This document shows, piece after piece, positions 61,929 to 64,000 of a stretch of 64,000 nt of DNA. The notes beneath the pieces were generated by a model that was not told where the DNA came from, searched no databases, and saw only the letters and a list, made by a program, of their open reading frames with translations. Source of the DNA: Candidatus Methanomethylicia archaeon (GTDB taxonomy: Archaea; Thermoproteota; Methanomethylicia; CALHIW01); NCBI GenBank assembly GCA_038845975.1, contig JAWBQF010000004.1, forward strand, positions 32,001-96,000, written 5' to 3'. The translations under genes and the position numbers were made by a program. Position 1 is the stretch's first letter; each line of letters starts with the position of its first letter.

Positions 61929-64000
61929 ATGAGAGCACTGTTTCTAAATGCTTGTCCAAATTGTGGAGGAGATATACTGGATGAGAGGCTTTCACTGGGA
62001 GTACCTTGCGAGAAATGTCTTCCAATATCAATTAAAGAAATAACCGAGATATCATCAGTAGTAGGTAGTGAGAATTTTAAATTTAAAGTTTATGAACTCC
62101 TAAAAAGCCATAATACACTAAGCGGACTTTCCAGTCTGTTTAGTGTTGATGTTAAGCTTAAGGAGTTAGATGAGTTGTTTCATAAAGCTACGGGAAGTAG
62201 GCTTTGGAGTGCTCAAAGAGCATGGGCTAGAAGGGCGCTAGCTGGTAGAAGTTTCGCTATAATAGCTCCCACCGGTATGGGTAAGACAGTTTTTGGAATT
62301 GCATTATCAGTATATAATGCTTTAAATGAGAAACGTAGCTACATTATTGTTCCAACAGCAATTTTAGCTGAACAGGTTTACAGTAAAATCAATATATTTA
62401 TTGAAAAGCTTAATCTAAACATTAAAGTTTCACGTTACCACTCAGTTTTAGATGGAAACCAAAGAAAAAAGGAGCTTAACAAGATTATTAACGGTGAATT
62501 CGATATATTAGTCACTACTTCAAGCTTCCTCACTAACAATTTTAATATAGTTTCAAAATACTTATTTAACCTAGTTTTTGTAGATGATGTTGATTCTCTA
62601 TTAAAATCTTCGAAAAATGTAGATAAAGTACTTATGCTTTTAGGTTTAACTCCTGAAATTATATCTAATGGTTTAAAAATTGTAGATCTGAAAGCTAAAC
62701 TTTCAAAACTTCAAAAACGAAAAACAACCTCTAAAGAAGTAGACAGTATAGAATCTGAAATTGAACATACTAAAGAGGCAATTAGCGACTTCATAAATAA
62801 GGTAAAGACAGGAATTCTCATAGTTTCAGGAGCTTCAACTAAAGCTAGAAGAACCAAGAGAGTTAAGTTATTCAATGAGTTATTGGGATTTGAAATAGGA
62901 TCAAGAATAGAGTTTATTAGAAACATAGAGGATATATATGTTCATGATGTACATGTAGTTGAGGATAAGGTTATTGAGCTTATAAGGAAGTTAGGATCTG
63001 GAGGCATTGTATTTATTCCAATGGATAAAGGGGTAGAATATGCTGAAAAGCTTTACGGAAAGCTTATAGAGAGCGGTATTAATGCTGGTATCTACACTAA
63101 ATCTAAAAGGAAGCTTATAGAGGATTTCACTAATGGTAAATATGATGTCCTAATTGGTATGGCTTCCTATAGAAGCCCATTAACTAGAGGTATTGATATT
63201 CCACATAGAATTAGGTATGCTATATTTGCTGGAGTTCCAAAGTTTAGAATTAGCCTTGATATTGAAGAGGAGTTTAAACCTTCACGTGCATTAATATTAC
63301 TTGCAAATTTAAGAGATTTATTGGAGCAGAAGGAGCAGGATTTAGTGGACAAGTATATAATGGATCTTAGAAACTTAATAGCAATTATTGGAAGAGATGA
63401 CATGAAGAAAATAGTTGATGCTGTGAAACAGAATGTTAAGCTTACAGGCTTCCTTGAAAGAGTTAGAAGGAAGTTTATTGAAATAATTTCGTTTTTAACA
63501 AATCTAATAGGAAGAGAAGATATTAAGGAGAAAATTAAGCTAGCACCTCACCTGTCAATAAGCTCCGAGTTAGGTAAGCCGTATCTCGTAGTTCCAGACG
63601 CTGTCGCATATATTCAAGCATCAGGTAGAACTTCAAGATTGTATCTTGGAGGAGTATCAAAGGGTATTTCCATAGTTATTATTGATGATGATAAAGCATT
63701 TAATGGATTAGTAAAGGATGTTAAATGGTATGTTGAAGAAATAAATTGGAAAGATATCAAGGATGTTAATATTACTAAGTTATTGGAAGCTGTAGATAGC
63801 GATAGAGCTACAATAAGAAAGCTAATGGATGGAGTGATAAGTCCAGAATTTCAGGATATAGTTAAAACAGCACTTCTAGTTGTCGAGTCGCCTACTAAGG
63901 CAAGAACTATAGCGAAATTCTTCGGTAAACCTAGTAAAAGAACTATTCATGAACTAACTATTTACGAAGTAAGTACTGGGGACTTAGTTCTTAACATAGC
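61929..64000 (+). CDS. rgy: Reverse gyrase (3'-truncated by the window; absent from the ORF track)
   Basis: From the ATG at 61929: CPNCGG..RL..G.PCEKC zinc finger, LWSAQRAWARR, APTGMGKT, DDVD, RGIDIP, YIQASGRTSRL, then TOPRIM VVESPTKARTIA. Confidence 0.95.
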   Translation, partial: MRALFLNACPNCGGDILDERLSLGVPCEKCLPISIKEITEISSVVGSENFKFKVYELLKSHNTLSGLSSLFSVDVKLKELDELFHKATGSRLWSAQRAWARRALAGRSFAIIAPTGMGKTVFGIALSVYNALNEKRSYIIVPTAILAEQVYSKINIFIEKLNLNIKVSRYHSVLDGNQRKKELNKIINGEFDILVTTSSFLTNNFNIVSKYLFNLVFVDDVDSLLKSSKNVDKVLMLLGLTPEIISNGLKIVDLKAKLSKLQKRKTTSKEVDSIESEIEHTKEAISDFINKVKTGILIVSGASTKARRTKRVKLFNELLGFEIGSRIEFIRNIEDIYVHDVHVVEDKVIELIRKLGSGGIVFIPMDKGVEYAEKLYGKLIESGINAGIYTKSKRKLIEDFTNGKYDVLIGMASYRSPLTRGIDIPHRIRYAIFAGVPKFRISLDIEEEFKPSRALILLANLRDLLEQKEQDLVDKYIMDLRNLIAIIGRDDMKKIVDAVKQNVKLTGFLERVRRKFIEIISFLTNLIGREDIKEKIKLAPHLSISSELGKPYLVVPDAVAYIQASGRTSRLYLGGVSKGISIVIIDDDKAFNGLVKDVKWYVEEINWKDIKDVNITKLLEAVDSDRATIRKLMDGVISPEFQDIVKTALLVVESPTKARTIAKFFGKPSKRTIHELTIYEVSTGDLVLNI

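Noticed and set aside
62711-63403. Short minus-strand ORFs, and similar antisense ORFs elsewhere (e.g. 2960-3499, 12321-12815, 31835-32428)
   Set aside because: They are shadows of well-supported genes on the opposite strand; here that gene is reverse gyrase.
1-64000. CRISPR arrays, tRNA/rRNA genes, C/D-box sRNAs and further BHB introns
   Set aside because: I saw no regularly spaced repeats, cloverleafs or convincing box C/D pairs, and no other conserved gene appeared interrupted. Short in-frame introns without stops could be missed by eye and need a computational BHB scan.

Overview
This AT-rich archaeal window probably comes from a hyperthermophile, since it encodes reverse gyrase; a Thermoproteota-type anaerobe is my inference from gene content. 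It holds about 50 housekeeping and metabolic genes. These include two 2-oxoacid:ferredoxin oxidoreductase operons (vor-like and por-like), acyl-CoA metabolism, cofD, comB, mptE, tatAC, a FadF/Hdr-triheme cytochrome-NrfCD-NarI redox cluster and ABC transporters. The long intergenic spaces are filled with IS6, IS5 and IS1595 debris and two families of tiny MITE-like repeats. The main finding is that the gamma-subunit gene opening the pyruvate:ferredoxin oxidoreductase operon (39115-39720) is interrupted by a 39-nt insertion carrying an in-frame TAG. The insertion folds into a canonical bulge-helix-bulge (BHB) motif. Cutting at the canonical tRNA-splicing-endonuclease sites restores the conserved FGPERxGAPV motif exactly. 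This looks like a tRNA-type intron in a central-metabolism mRNA. All calls are from reading the sequence by eye; no searches were run.
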